Program-made: the position numbers and the translations under genes
Origin: Deltaproteobacteria bacterium
GTDB taxonomy: Bacteria > Bdellovibrionota_C > UBA2361 > SZUA-149 > JAITKM01
Direction of reading: 5' to 3'
Length of the DNA stretch: 64,000 bases
NCBI GenBank assembly: GCA_031278395.1
Contig: JAITKM010000039.1
Location: forward strand, 3,372-67,371
Notes under the pieces: generated by a model
The model's database searches: none
What the model saw: only the letters and a program-made list of their open reading frames with translations
Told to the model about the DNA's origin: nothing
Shown here: positions 9,708 to 18,234 of the stretch, piece by piece
How positions within the stretch are numbered: position 1 is the stretch's first letter
Layout: every line of letters starts with the position of its first letter

Positions 9708-10540
9708 TAAAACGATTGGCAATACAATTTTTCGGGCATTCGCGGTCATTTGTGAAGACCTTTGAGAGTTTACGCAAGAATATTCTTGAACCCAATAAAG
9801 CCACAGGTTGGGAGATAGATATTTTTATCCATACTTGGGACGAAAAGCAGTCAAATAACCAACGGGATTATTCCGAAAAAGAAAAACTCTCTACGGCGGA
9901 TATTGACTTGATAAAAAAACTATACAGCCCGAAAAAATTACTGGTAGAGCCGCAGATAAAAATTAACGGACATCTGCATCATATTGTGGAAAATATAGAA
10001 ATCCCAAAATCCAGAATTCACAACACTTATTACACAATGCATAAAACAAATAAATTGCGCCGTGAATATGAGAATAAAAATGTTAAATACGATTTTGTTA
10101 TTGCGACGCGTATGGATATAGATTTTTGCCATCCGATTTTGATAGATAATCTTCGTGAAAAGAGGATAGAACAAATATCTCCTCGCCCCGAAGAGAAAAG
10201 CAGCGAATTATTTACAGCAATTTATTTTGGGACAATGCCTGGATTTCCGTTCATCAGCAGAAACACGACGGGCGTCATAAGGCTAGGGGCATCGGATTGC
10301 ATAATGTGCGGGGCAGGCAAATTGTTTGATGAATCGCAAGATGTCTATCTTCATTTAGATGAAATGCTTGATAAATATGGGTTTGAGAATCACGAGTATT
10401 TTATAAAGCATTGGTGGGACGATATAGGGATAAATGTTATAGTATTGAATTATATCTTTGGTTTAGATTGGAGTATAAATAGAAGTTTAGTAGGGCAACA
10501 CAAACGCAATTGGTGGAAAAAATTATGGCAAAAAAAATAG
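9704..10540 (+). CDS. Hypothetical protein, tandem paralog A (possible glycosyltransferase-like)
   Basis: ATGA overlap with the upstream stop; shares AIQ[FL]FGH.R[ST]F, DIFIHTWDE and L.EPQ motifs with the next ORF. Confidence 0.6.
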   Translation: MIKRLAIQFFGHSRSFVKTFESLRKNILEPNKATGWEIDIFIHTWDEKQSNNQRDYSEKEKLSTADIDLIKKLYSPKKLLVEPQIKINGHLHHIVENIEIPKSRIHNTYYTMHKTNKLRREYENKNVKYDFVIATRMDIDFCHPILIDNLREKRIEQISPRPEEKSSELFTAIYFGTMPGFPFISRNTTGVIRLGASDCIMCGAGKLFDESQDVYLHLDEMLDKYGFENHEYFIKHWWDDIGINVIVLNYIFGLDWSINRSLVGQHKRNWWKKLWQKK

Positions 10541-11481
10541 CAATTCAGTTATTCGGGCATGTTCGGACTTTCAAGGACGCGGCACCGCATTTTGCTAAAA
10601 ATGTGATTGAGGCAAACTGCGCGGACGGATACGAGGTAGATATATTTATCCATACTTGGGATGAAGTGGAGCATAATACAACCAATTACAGAATCAGTGG
10701 TACTGAAAAATTGGAAATTCCAAAAACTGACGAGCAGGAATTGCGCCGTATTTACAATCCCGTCGCGATTTTGATAGAGCCTCAGCTTCTAATAGAGGAA
10801 AAAATAATCATCGAGAAAATCTCAGGCAGCAAACGCTCAATAAAGGGGATTTATAATAATGCATACACTACATTTATGGCGAACCAGTTGCGCTGTAAAT
10901 ACGAAAAAGAAACAGGCGCAACATATGACTGGGTAATCCAAACGCGTCCAGATATTTTATTTATATCGCCGTTTCATATTGATGATTTTTTTAAGAAGCA
11001 CAGGGAATTGAGTATAGAACTGGATAGGGACGCGCTGTATTTTGCGCACAATATATTTAATTGTGGAGCAATCAAGTTAGCCGATCCGCGCATGACCCCC
11101 GGCACAGATTTGATTTATTTTGGGACACCCGGCACGCTGAATCGCGCCACGGCGTTGTTTAATAATTTTAATGATAATCTTGATGTGAATAATTTTTGGA
11201 CTATGGAAATTTGGTGGATGGAGTTTTGGAAGCAATCCGGATTGCATCCAATTATTGCAGATTACAAATTCCGCCGCGATTGGCTAGTTCTGTATAAAGA
11301 AATGTTGCCGCAGTTGCCTGTAATTTTGCGCAATCACAACAAAGAAAAACAACAGGACAAGGTTATTAGTAAAATATATATAAAACTATTCAACTTTATT
11401 CCATTATTAAAAATAAAACGCAAAGGAAACGGGTATAAGATTTATTTGTTCAATTTTATTCCGTTTATCAGAACAAAGTGA
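10525..11481 (+). CDS. Hypothetical protein, tandem paralog B
   Basis: Same motifs as 9704-10540; start moved to ATG 10525 (MAKKIAIQLFGH). Confidence 0.6.
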   Translation: MAKKIAIQLFGHVRTFKDAAPHFAKNVIEANCADGYEVDIFIHTWDEVEHNTTNYRISGTEKLEIPKTDEQELRRIYNPVAILIEPQLLIEEKIIIEKISGSKRSIKGIYNNAYTTFMANQLRCKYEKETGATYDWVIQTRPDILFISPFHIDDFFKKHRELSIELDRDALYFAHNIFNCGAIKLADPRMTPGTDLIYFGTPGTLNRATALFNNFNDNLDVNNFWTMEIWWMEFWKQSGLHPIIADYKFRRDWLVLYKEMLPQLPVILRNHNKEKQQDKVISKIYIKLFNFIPLLKIKRKGNGYKIYLFNFIPFIRTK

Positions 11482-11537
11482 TAAATATTAAATGAAAAAA
11501 ATTTTTAACTGTAAGCGGCTTTAGCCAAGGATTAAAA

Positions 11538-12317
11538 ATGCCAAAAGTTTCCGTAATCATGCCGTGTTTTAACACTGAAAAATATGTCGGCGAGGCGCTA
11601 AACTCTATTTTAGCGCAGACTTTCAAGGATTTTGAGTTCATTATTATTGATGATGGCTCAACTGATAATAGCGCGAAAATCATAGAATCATTTCACGACG
11701 AAAAAATTAAATTTATTAAAAATACAGAAAATCTTGGGATTGTCGCGGCGCGCAATACTGGCTTGGATTTAGCGCAGGGAAAGTATATTGCGGTTATGGA
11801 TGCTGACGATGTATCTCATCCCGATAGGTTGGAAAAACAAGTCAAATATATGGACGAGAATCCGGATTGCGTTATTTGTGGTTCTTGGATTCACTTTTTT
11901 CCTGATGCTGAGCGTAAAGGCAAAGGGCGTCATAAATCTGAAATTTCATTCTTGGATTTAATTCACGGCTGGTGCCTGAATCATCCAACAATTATGTTTC
12001 GCAATTCTGATATTCGGTATGATCCATCGTTTCCAGTTTCGGAAGATTTTGATTTGTATTCGCGAATGATACACTTTGGGAAAATCCATAATATACAAGA
12101 AGAACTGCTCGACTATCGTTGGCACGGGGACAATATTTCAACTGTAAAATCAAAGTTGATGGCTGAAAAAACAAAAATTGTGCAACAACGGATGCTTGGT
12201 TTTATAACAGACGATGAGCAAATCCAAAGCTTGTTATTGTATGCTGAACAGAATCCTATAAGAATTCGCAAATTATCTCTCTTTGGGATTCCATTGTTGA
12301 AAATAGAGAGAAAATAA
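11538..12317 (+). CDS. Family 2 glycosyltransferase
   Basis: VSVIMPCFNTEKYVGEALNSILAQTFKDFEFIIIDDGSTDNS; DADD motif. Confidence 0.85.
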   Translation: MPKVSVIMPCFNTEKYVGEALNSILAQTFKDFEFIIIDDGSTDNSAKIIESFHDEKIKFIKNTENLGIVAARNTGLDLAQGKYIAVMDADDVSHPDRLEKQVKYMDENPDCVICGSWIHFFPDAERKGKGRHKSEISFLDLIHGWCLNHPTIMFRNSDIRYDPSFPVSEDFDLYSRMIHFGKIHNIQEELLDYRWHGDNISTVKSKLMAEKTKIVQQRMLGFITDDEQIQSLLLYAEQNPIRIRKLSLFGIPLLKIERK

Positions 12318-12318
12318 A

Positions 12319-14163
12319 ATGGAAAGAATCCCCGTATTTTTATCAAGCGATAACAACTATGCAATGGCAACCGCCACAACCATAAAATCATGCATAGATC
12401 ATACCAGTTCAGTAGTAGATTTTTATGTTTTATCTGATAGCATCAGTGATGAAAATCAGTATAAAATTCGTGCATTAGAATCAGACAAATGCAAAATAGA
12501 GTTTATCACTGTTGATAATAGTATTTTTAAGATTTCCCAAACAGATTCCTATGTTTCTTTGGTAACATACTCCCGATTACTCATACCAAATATAAAGCCT
12601 GACTTGAAGAAAGTTATTTATTCCGATGTTGATGTTTTGTTTATGGGTGATGTTGCGGAATTGTATAATGAAGATTTAGACGGATATATTATTGGGGCAT
12701 GTAAAGACGCATATTATGTATATGATAAAAAGTTAAATAACATATACGACCGATTGAAACTGGATTCTAAACACAATTATATGTATGCAGGAATGCTTCT
12801 TATTGACTGCAATAAATGGCGCGAAGAAAATATAACCGATAAACTACTTGAACTTATGAAGCAATTCCAAGGGCGCATTCAACAAGGCGACCAAGATTTA
12901 TTGAATATATGCTTTAACGGAAATAACTACAAAGAATTAGATATAAAATACGAGTCAACAAACGGATACATACATTTTTATGATAAATTGACATTAGCGC
13001 AAAAACACAGCGTTGATAATCCTGTAATTCGACATTACGAATCGCGATATAAGCCGTGGAATAGCGATTTTATATTCGACGAACCCATGCGGAATGTCAA
13101 AGAATGGTTTGATTCTGTGCGGACAACCGAGTTTTTAGCAGAAGCCAATAATTTACTTCATAGTGCAAATATGAGTTTTGTTATGCAAGGAAAGTTAACG
13201 CAGCAAACCAATGAGTGCATTTACAGTATTCGCCAATATTTCCCGCAGGCTGAGATTATTTTATCTACCTATAAAAATATCAACTGCGATGGATTGGATT
13301 ATGATAAACTTGTTCAGATAGAGGACGATGTTGTTGCCTTGCCATATCACAATGGTAAGGACGGAAAAATCCATAATGTAAATCGTCAAATCGCAACAAC
13401 GAAGGCAGGACTTCAGGTCGTAACCCGCAAATATGCGTTCAAGTTGCGTTCCGATTTTATTATGACAGGAAGCACATTTTTGCAGTATTTTGACAAGTTT
13501 TCAAAATATGACGAAAATTATCGAGTGTTTTGCCATAAAATCCTTTGCCCAACTTTGTTTTGTCGCAATCCGCGCATACTTCCGTTCCACCCAAGCGATA
13601 TAGCGTTGTTCGGCAAAACGGATGACCTTATCAACTTGTTTGATTTGCCGTATATGCCACGCGAAGAGTTTGGGTATTGGAAGAATGGTGAAAATCTGCA
13701 TTGTCGCTATGTGCCAGAACAATATATTTGGGTAAATTGCCTGCGTAAAAATGGCAAACAGATAGATTTTGACGCGCGTCAAAAGGTGACTAAGGCGATT
13801 ATCACAGAAACGGAAAAGTTCTTTGTTTCCAATTTTATTTTCTTGTCGTTCGAGCAGTTTAATTTGCTTGCGCCCGAAAAGTTTAGAACCTTAGAGTTCT
13901 ATCTAAAAACATCGCCACACACTTGCATAACTCATATTGAATGGCAGAAACTTTACCAGAGATATCTTGATAATATGCTGGTTGTTCCTGCAAAGGATAA
14001 ACAACGTCGCAGATTTAATAAATTCAACCGCAAAAGAAAAATTGTAAATTTTATCGGAAAGATAATAACTTTGCCAATTATAGGTGGTGGAATTATGAGA
14101 AAAGTTCGCCACATTATAAAGGGCAAATTGAGCGAAGTATTGCTGGGACGAATTCTGACCTAA
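12319..14163 (+). CDS. Fusion protein: N-terminal GT8 glycosyltransferase plus C-terminal WavE-like domain
   Basis: GT8: IPVFLSSDNNYA, YSDVDVLFMGDV, DQDLLN. C-terminal half: MSFVMQGK...AEIILSTYKN and FKLRSDF parallel the 8919-9707 product. Confidence 0.7.
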   Translation: MERIPVFLSSDNNYAMATATTIKSCIDHTSSVVDFYVLSDSISDENQYKIRALESDKCKIEFITVDNSIFKISQTDSYVSLVTYSRLLIPNIKPDLKKVIYSDVDVLFMGDVAELYNEDLDGYIIGACKDAYYVYDKKLNNIYDRLKLDSKHNYMYAGMLLIDCNKWREENITDKLLELMKQFQGRIQQGDQDLLNICFNGNNYKELDIKYESTNGYIHFYDKLTLAQKHSVDNPVIRHYESRYKPWNSDFIFDEPMRNVKEWFDSVRTTEFLAEANNLLHSANMSFVMQGKLTQQTNECIYSIRQYFPQAEIILSTYKNINCDGLDYDKLVQIEDDVVALPYHNGKDGKIHNVNRQIATTKAGLQVVTRKYAFKLRSDFIMTGSTFLQYFDKFSKYDENYRVFCHKILCPTLFCRNPRILPFHPSDIALFGKTDDLINLFDLPYMPREEFGYWKNGENLHCRYVPEQYIWVNCLRKNGKQIDFDARQKVTKAIITETEKFFVSNFIFLSFEQFNLLAPEKFRTLEFYLKTSPHTCITHIEWQKLYQRYLDNMLVVPAKDKQRRRFNKFNRKRKIVNFIGKIITLPIIGGGIMRKVRHIIKGKLSEVLLGRILT

Positions 14164-14250
14164 ATCGAAATAAGACTAACAAAAAACTATCTTTCGAGAA
14201 TATGCGCAAATACGCACACTCCCTGCGGTGTTTCTTTATTTTAAAAAAGT

Positions 14251-14266
14251 GGGCACAGAATGTGCA
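14251..14266 (+). promoter_or_regulatory. Sigma-54-like -24/-12 element (TGGGCAC-N-TGCA) immediately upstream of flhB
   Basis: GG (14252-14253) and GC (14264-14265) separated by exactly 10 nt; GGCAC and TGCA cores. It lies only ~16 nt from the ATG, so function is doubtful. Confidence 0.3.
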
Positions 14267-14281
14267 ATAGATCTCAACATT

Positions 14282-15370
14282 ATGCCAGCAGAAAATGAAA
14301 ACGGCGAAGAGCGCAGCGAAGAACCGAGTAGCCGACACTTAGAAGAAACCCGCAAAGAAGGACAAGTTGCTAAATCTGTTGATTTTTCTCAACTTGTCCA
14401 TATTATTGCTGCCTTTATAGCAATTAGACTGCTTATGCCAACAATTTGGCAAAATTTAATTTATATAACAAAAAACTGTCTTACAACTAAGTTAAACTAC
14501 TCGCCTTGGACCATAGTTGATTTAAAATCTGGCTTGCTTAATATTTTTCAAATTCTGGCTCCTGAAATTCTGGGGATTATGCTGATTGCGGCTTTTTGCG
14601 GAGCGCTCGCCACTGGAATACAAACTAAATTTTTGTGGTCGAATAAACTTTTAATTCCCAAGTTTTCAAAACTAAATCCGATTAACGGCATAAAAAGAAT
14701 TTTTTCAGCTAATAATTTAGTCAATGTTGTCAAAAACATTGCCAAGCTAGCGATTATTTTGCCAGTCGCCTATTATTCGTTGCAGGAACTACTACCTGGT
14801 ATTTTACGACTTTCAACTTTGCCGCTGGATGAATTTTTTCCTTTTACCAGCTTTGCGATTTTTATCATTCTAAAAAAAATCTTAGCTCTCTTAATTTTAA
14901 TTGCGCTTTTGGATTATGGCTGGAATTTTTACAAGAACTCACAAGATGTTAAAATGACCAAGCAGGAGGCTAAAGATGACCGCAAATCTGAAACAGGCGA
15001 TGAAGCTAGTAAAGCTCGGATGCGCCAAATCGCAATGCGGCGTATTCGTGAGAAAATGATGAAAGAGCTACCTACAGCCGATGTGGTAGTTACTAACCCG
15101 ACCCATTATGCGGTAGCTATTAAATACAATCCTCAACAATGTATTGTGCCAAGAGTGGTTGCTAAAGGGCAAGATCACTTAGCGCAGTTAATAAAAAAAC
15201 GAGCTAAAGAATATGGTATTCCAATTATTGAAAGAAAACCTTTGGCCCGTGCACTCTTTGCTGCGGTTGAAATCGGACAAGAAATTCCATACACCTTATA
15301 TAAAGCTGTCGCTGAACTGCTGGGCTATGTCTATCAAATAAAAGGTAAAAAACCACCAAGACGAAAATAA
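14282..15370 (+). CDS. flhB: Flagellar export apparatus switch protein FlhB (SctU family)
   Basis: N-terminus EEPSSRHLEETRKEGQVAKS; NPTH autocleavage site (VVTNPTHYAVAIKY); start moved to ATG 14282. Confidence 0.85.
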   Translation: MPAENENGEERSEEPSSRHLEETRKEGQVAKSVDFSQLVHIIAAFIAIRLLMPTIWQNLIYITKNCLTTKLNYSPWTIVDLKSGLLNIFQILAPEILGIMLIAAFCGALATGIQTKFLWSNKLLIPKFSKLNPINGIKRIFSANNLVNVVKNIAKLAIILPVAYYSLQELLPGILRLSTLPLDEFFPFTSFAIFIILKKILALLILIALLDYGWNFYKNSQDVKMTKQEAKDDRKSETGDEASKARMRQIAMRRIREKMMKELPTADVVVTNPTHYAVAIKYNPQQCIVPRVVAKGQDHLAQLIKKRAKEYGIPIIERKPLARALFAAVEIGQEIPYTLYKAVAELLGYVYQIKGKKPPRRK

Positions 15371-15531
15371 GTGATAGGTATTTAATTACCGAGAGCCTCA
15401 AGGAGGATTGTAAGAGAAATTTTCTGTGGCTTAAAAAATAAATTTATAACTAATCAAATTGCCAGAAAACAGAGATTACGATAATAAGACCGTTTCAACA
15501 AAAAAAATAAAAACTACTAATTGTCGAAATA

Positions 15532-17481
15532 ATGTTTAAAAAATCTCTACTAAATTTTCCTCTAAATTACCTCCTAATTTTTTTTGGTTTGGGGCTACTA
15601 ATTACCACGTTCAGCCGGATCGCGCTGTTTTTCCTCTTTTATAATCGGGTTAGCTTAACTGAGGACTACTGGCTTATTTTTCCTATCGGACTACGTAGCG
15701 ATGTAATTTTAATGAGCTATCTTTCTAGCTTGCCCGCCATCTTCTTGTTGTTGCCCAAGAATTGTCTCAAATTTGGCAGCAGCTTGATTCGGCTTTATTG
15801 TTCCTGCTGTTTATTGTTAATTTTATTTACTGAACTAGCCACGCCGCAATTTATTCAACAATATGACACGCGTCCTAATCAGTTATTTCTTGACTACTTA
15901 ATTTACCCCAAAGAAGTTTTTAATACTTTAATCAAAAGCTACTGGGGCACGTTATTACTAACGCTAGTGATGTTAATTGCGGCTGGTTATGGTTTATTAA
16001 GATACGGAACTAAGTGGTTTAAACTTTCTAGTTCCAAATACAGCGCGCGCCTTTTGTGGTTTCTACTAGTTGCTGGGTTATTAGTTTGCGGAGCTAGAGG
16101 TAGCCTTACTTCAAGACGACCTATTAACACCAGTAATGCTTTTTTTTCGACTGATTCCATGACTAACAGTTTGGGATTAAACTCGTTTTATAATTTACTT
16201 TATGCGATTTATTTAACTAAAAACGAAAGAAATCCTTTAAAAATGTATGGGATAATGAGTGAAGAAGAAGCGTATCGCAGAGTGCGAAAATATATGTTTG
16301 CGTCGCAGGAAAGCTTTAGTTCTCCAGAAATTCCTTTTTTACATAAGGCGCAGCCGAATCAAAAATTTGAGACGCCGTATAATATTGTTATTTTTTTACA
16401 GGAAAGTTTAGGTGCTGAATTTGTAGGCTGTCTGGGGGGACTACCACTAACTCCAAACTTTGACGAATTGGCTCAAGGTGGTGTGCTTTTTACTAACCTT
16501 TATGCTACTGGAACAAGAAGTGTGCGTGGTATGGAGGCGGTAGTAGCTGGTTTTTTGCCGTCGCCATCTGAAAGTGTGTTAAAACTCAGTAATTCGCAAA
16601 CAGGCTTTTTTACTTTAGCCGAGCTTTTACGACGACGTGGGTATGACACGAGTTTTATCTATGGGGGTATGGCAAATTTTGACAATATGGCATCTTTCTA
16701 TAGCGGAAACGGCTTTGGAACTATTATTGATGAAACTAAGTTTAACCAAGACGGTGAGAAATATACTTTAAAAGGCACGTGGGGATATTCTGATGAAGAT
16801 TTAGTACGCAAAGCCAACAGCTATTTTAAAAATTTGGAAGGAAAGCCGTTTTTTTCGTTAATGTTTTCTACATCCAATCATGAACCATTTGAGTTTCCAG
16901 AGGGGCGTATTGAATTATACGAGCAACCCCAAGCCACAGTGCATAACGCCATTAAATATGCTGATTTTGCGATAGGTGAATTTTTTAAATTAGCCCGAGA
17001 GGAGGAATATTTTGAAAATACTATTTTTATTATAGTAGCAGACCATAATACGCGAACATTTGGGAAAAATTTGGTGCCGATTCATAAGTTTAAAATTCCA
17101 GCTTTAATTATAGCGCCGCATTTAGCTGCTGGGAGATATGACAAGCTGGCTAGTCAGCTGGATTTACCAGTTACACTTTTAGGTTTGCTGGGTTTTGAGA
17201 CAGAACATCCAATGCCTGGACGTAATCTTTTAACTTTACCGCAGGATGTGCCAGGACGAGCGCTCATGCAATTTATGGATATCAACGCTTTTCGGGTTGA
17301 GGATCAGGTAGTAATTCAGCAGCCTAATAAGCCGCCATTACAATTTAAAGTGTTGGATGATAGCACGCTGCTGGAGACTGAACTTGACCCAGAGCTGGCT
17401 CAAGATGCTTTAGCGCACACTGTTGCGGCTAAGTTTTTGTATAAAAATAAAAAATATAAATTAAGAGAAAACGCGCGTTAA
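15532..17481 (+). CDS. Membrane-anchored sulfatase-family transferase (LtaS/OpgB-like)
   Basis: ~5 N-terminal TM segments followed by an alkaline-phosphatase-superfamily domain (TGTRSVRGMEA, STSNHEPF, VADHN). Confidence 0.8.
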   Translation: MFKKSLLNFPLNYLLIFFGLGLLITTFSRIALFFLFYNRVSLTEDYWLIFPIGLRSDVILMSYLSSLPAIFLLLPKNCLKFGSSLIRLYCSCCLLLILFTELATPQFIQQYDTRPNQLFLDYLIYPKEVFNTLIKSYWGTLLLTLVMLIAAGYGLLRYGTKWFKLSSSKYSARLLWFLLVAGLLVCGARGSLTSRRPINTSNAFFSTDSMTNSLGLNSFYNLLYAIYLTKNERNPLKMYGIMSEEEAYRRVRKYMFASQESFSSPEIPFLHKAQPNQKFETPYNIVIFLQESLGAEFVGCLGGLPLTPNFDELAQGGVLFTNLYATGTRSVRGMEAVVAGFLPSPSESVLKLSNSQTGFFTLAELLRRRGYDTSFIYGGMANFDNMASFYSGNGFGTIIDETKFNQDGEKYTLKGTWGYSDEDLVRKANSYFKNLEGKPFFSLMFSTSNHEPFEFPEGRIELYEQPQATVHNAIKYADFAIGEFFKLAREEEYFENTIFIIVADHNTRTFGKNLVPIHKFKIPALIIAPHLAAGRYDKLASQLDLPVTLLGLLGFETEHPMPGRNLLTLPQDVPGRALMQFMDINAFRVEDQVVIQQPNKPPLQFKVLDDSTLLETELDPELAQDALAHTVAAKFLYKNKKYKLRENAR

Positions 17482-17536
17482 GAATCTATCGTCTAGAATT
17501 TTTTTGTGTAGTAAAAAATGCTAGACGGCAGATTCT
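17481..17536 (+). terminator. Inverted repeat (16-nt arms, 2 mismatches, 24-nt loop) right after the sulfatase stop
   Basis: AGAATCTATCGTCTAG ... CTAGACGGCAGATTCT; the loop is unusually large for an intrinsic terminator. Confidence 0.35.
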
Positions 17537-17884
17537 TATTTCCGGAGATAAACATTTATTTAATAATAAATCAATTAATTACAGCTGGTTATCTGTTAAA
17601 CCATTTTTTTTATATTAAATGATACATAGGTTTAATTTTTAACCATAATCTCAATATGAAATGTTTTATTTAGAGTAGAAGAGATCTTAACCTCCTTCAT
17701 TAAATTCGGTTGGATTTGATGAAGGGGGTCAGTGTGTAAAAAAGTTTTAAGGTAATTATTTTTTATAGTTCCTTAAATGTTTTTATTAGCACGCTTTGGT
17801 TAAGTCGTTTGTCTTGCAAACAAATGACTTAATAATTGTTATACGTATCACAAACATTGTTTCAATATTCAGCGACGCAGCTAC

Positions 17885-17901
17885 ACTAAGTCAACTCTAA
17901 A
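17885..17901. repeat. 17-nt arm ACTAAGTCAACTCTAAA, inverted copy of a segment in the downstream tandem repeats
   Basis: Exact reverse complement of 18034-18050; one G.U-compatible difference to 18149-18165. Confidence 0.8.
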
Positions 17902-17996
17902 GTAGAGATTAAATTACGAACGGTCGCGTAAGGGAGCGTCAAAAGTCATCACTCGTAAATTGCAATTTATCGCAATTTTATGTCGGTGGTTTTTGC

Positions 17997-18226
17997 TTGT
18001 CCTACGCGAAGCGCATTGGAGTTTAGTCTATGTTTTAGAGTTGACTTAGTTGTTTTTGTGGAAACCATCGTGGATTCCGCGCTAAGTTAACAATTTTAAC
18101 ATAGATTTTTGTTGTCCTGCGCGAAGCGCATTGGAGTTTAATCTATGTTTTGGAGTTGACTTAGTTTTTTAGAATCCACGTTGGATTCTGCTGAGTTAAC
18201 CTAAATTTAATCCCTTACAAAAGGAG
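17997..18226 (+). repeat. Two tandem ~115-nt units (starts 17997 and 18112), each with conserved hairpins; candidate structured RNA or cis-regulatory element
   Basis: 52-nt near-identical cores; hairpins 18060-18078 and 18171-18189 differ by compensatory changes. Confidence 0.8.
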
Positions 18227-18234
18227 ATTTTTAG

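Noticed and set aside
17997-18226. Possible mini-CRISPR array or tracrRNA: the repeats contain GTTTTAGAG, the start of type II CRISPR repeats
   Set aside because: There are only two units of ~115 nt rather than 24-48-nt repeats with unique spacers. The inter-repeat segments are themselves homologous, and no cas gene is in the window.
17482-18234. tRNA, tmRNA, SRP or RNase P gene in the long gap
   Set aside because: I could not find a T-loop GTTCGAATC-type box, a cloverleaf arrangement or the conserved SRP/RNase P motifs. The region is kept as an unknown structured region instead.
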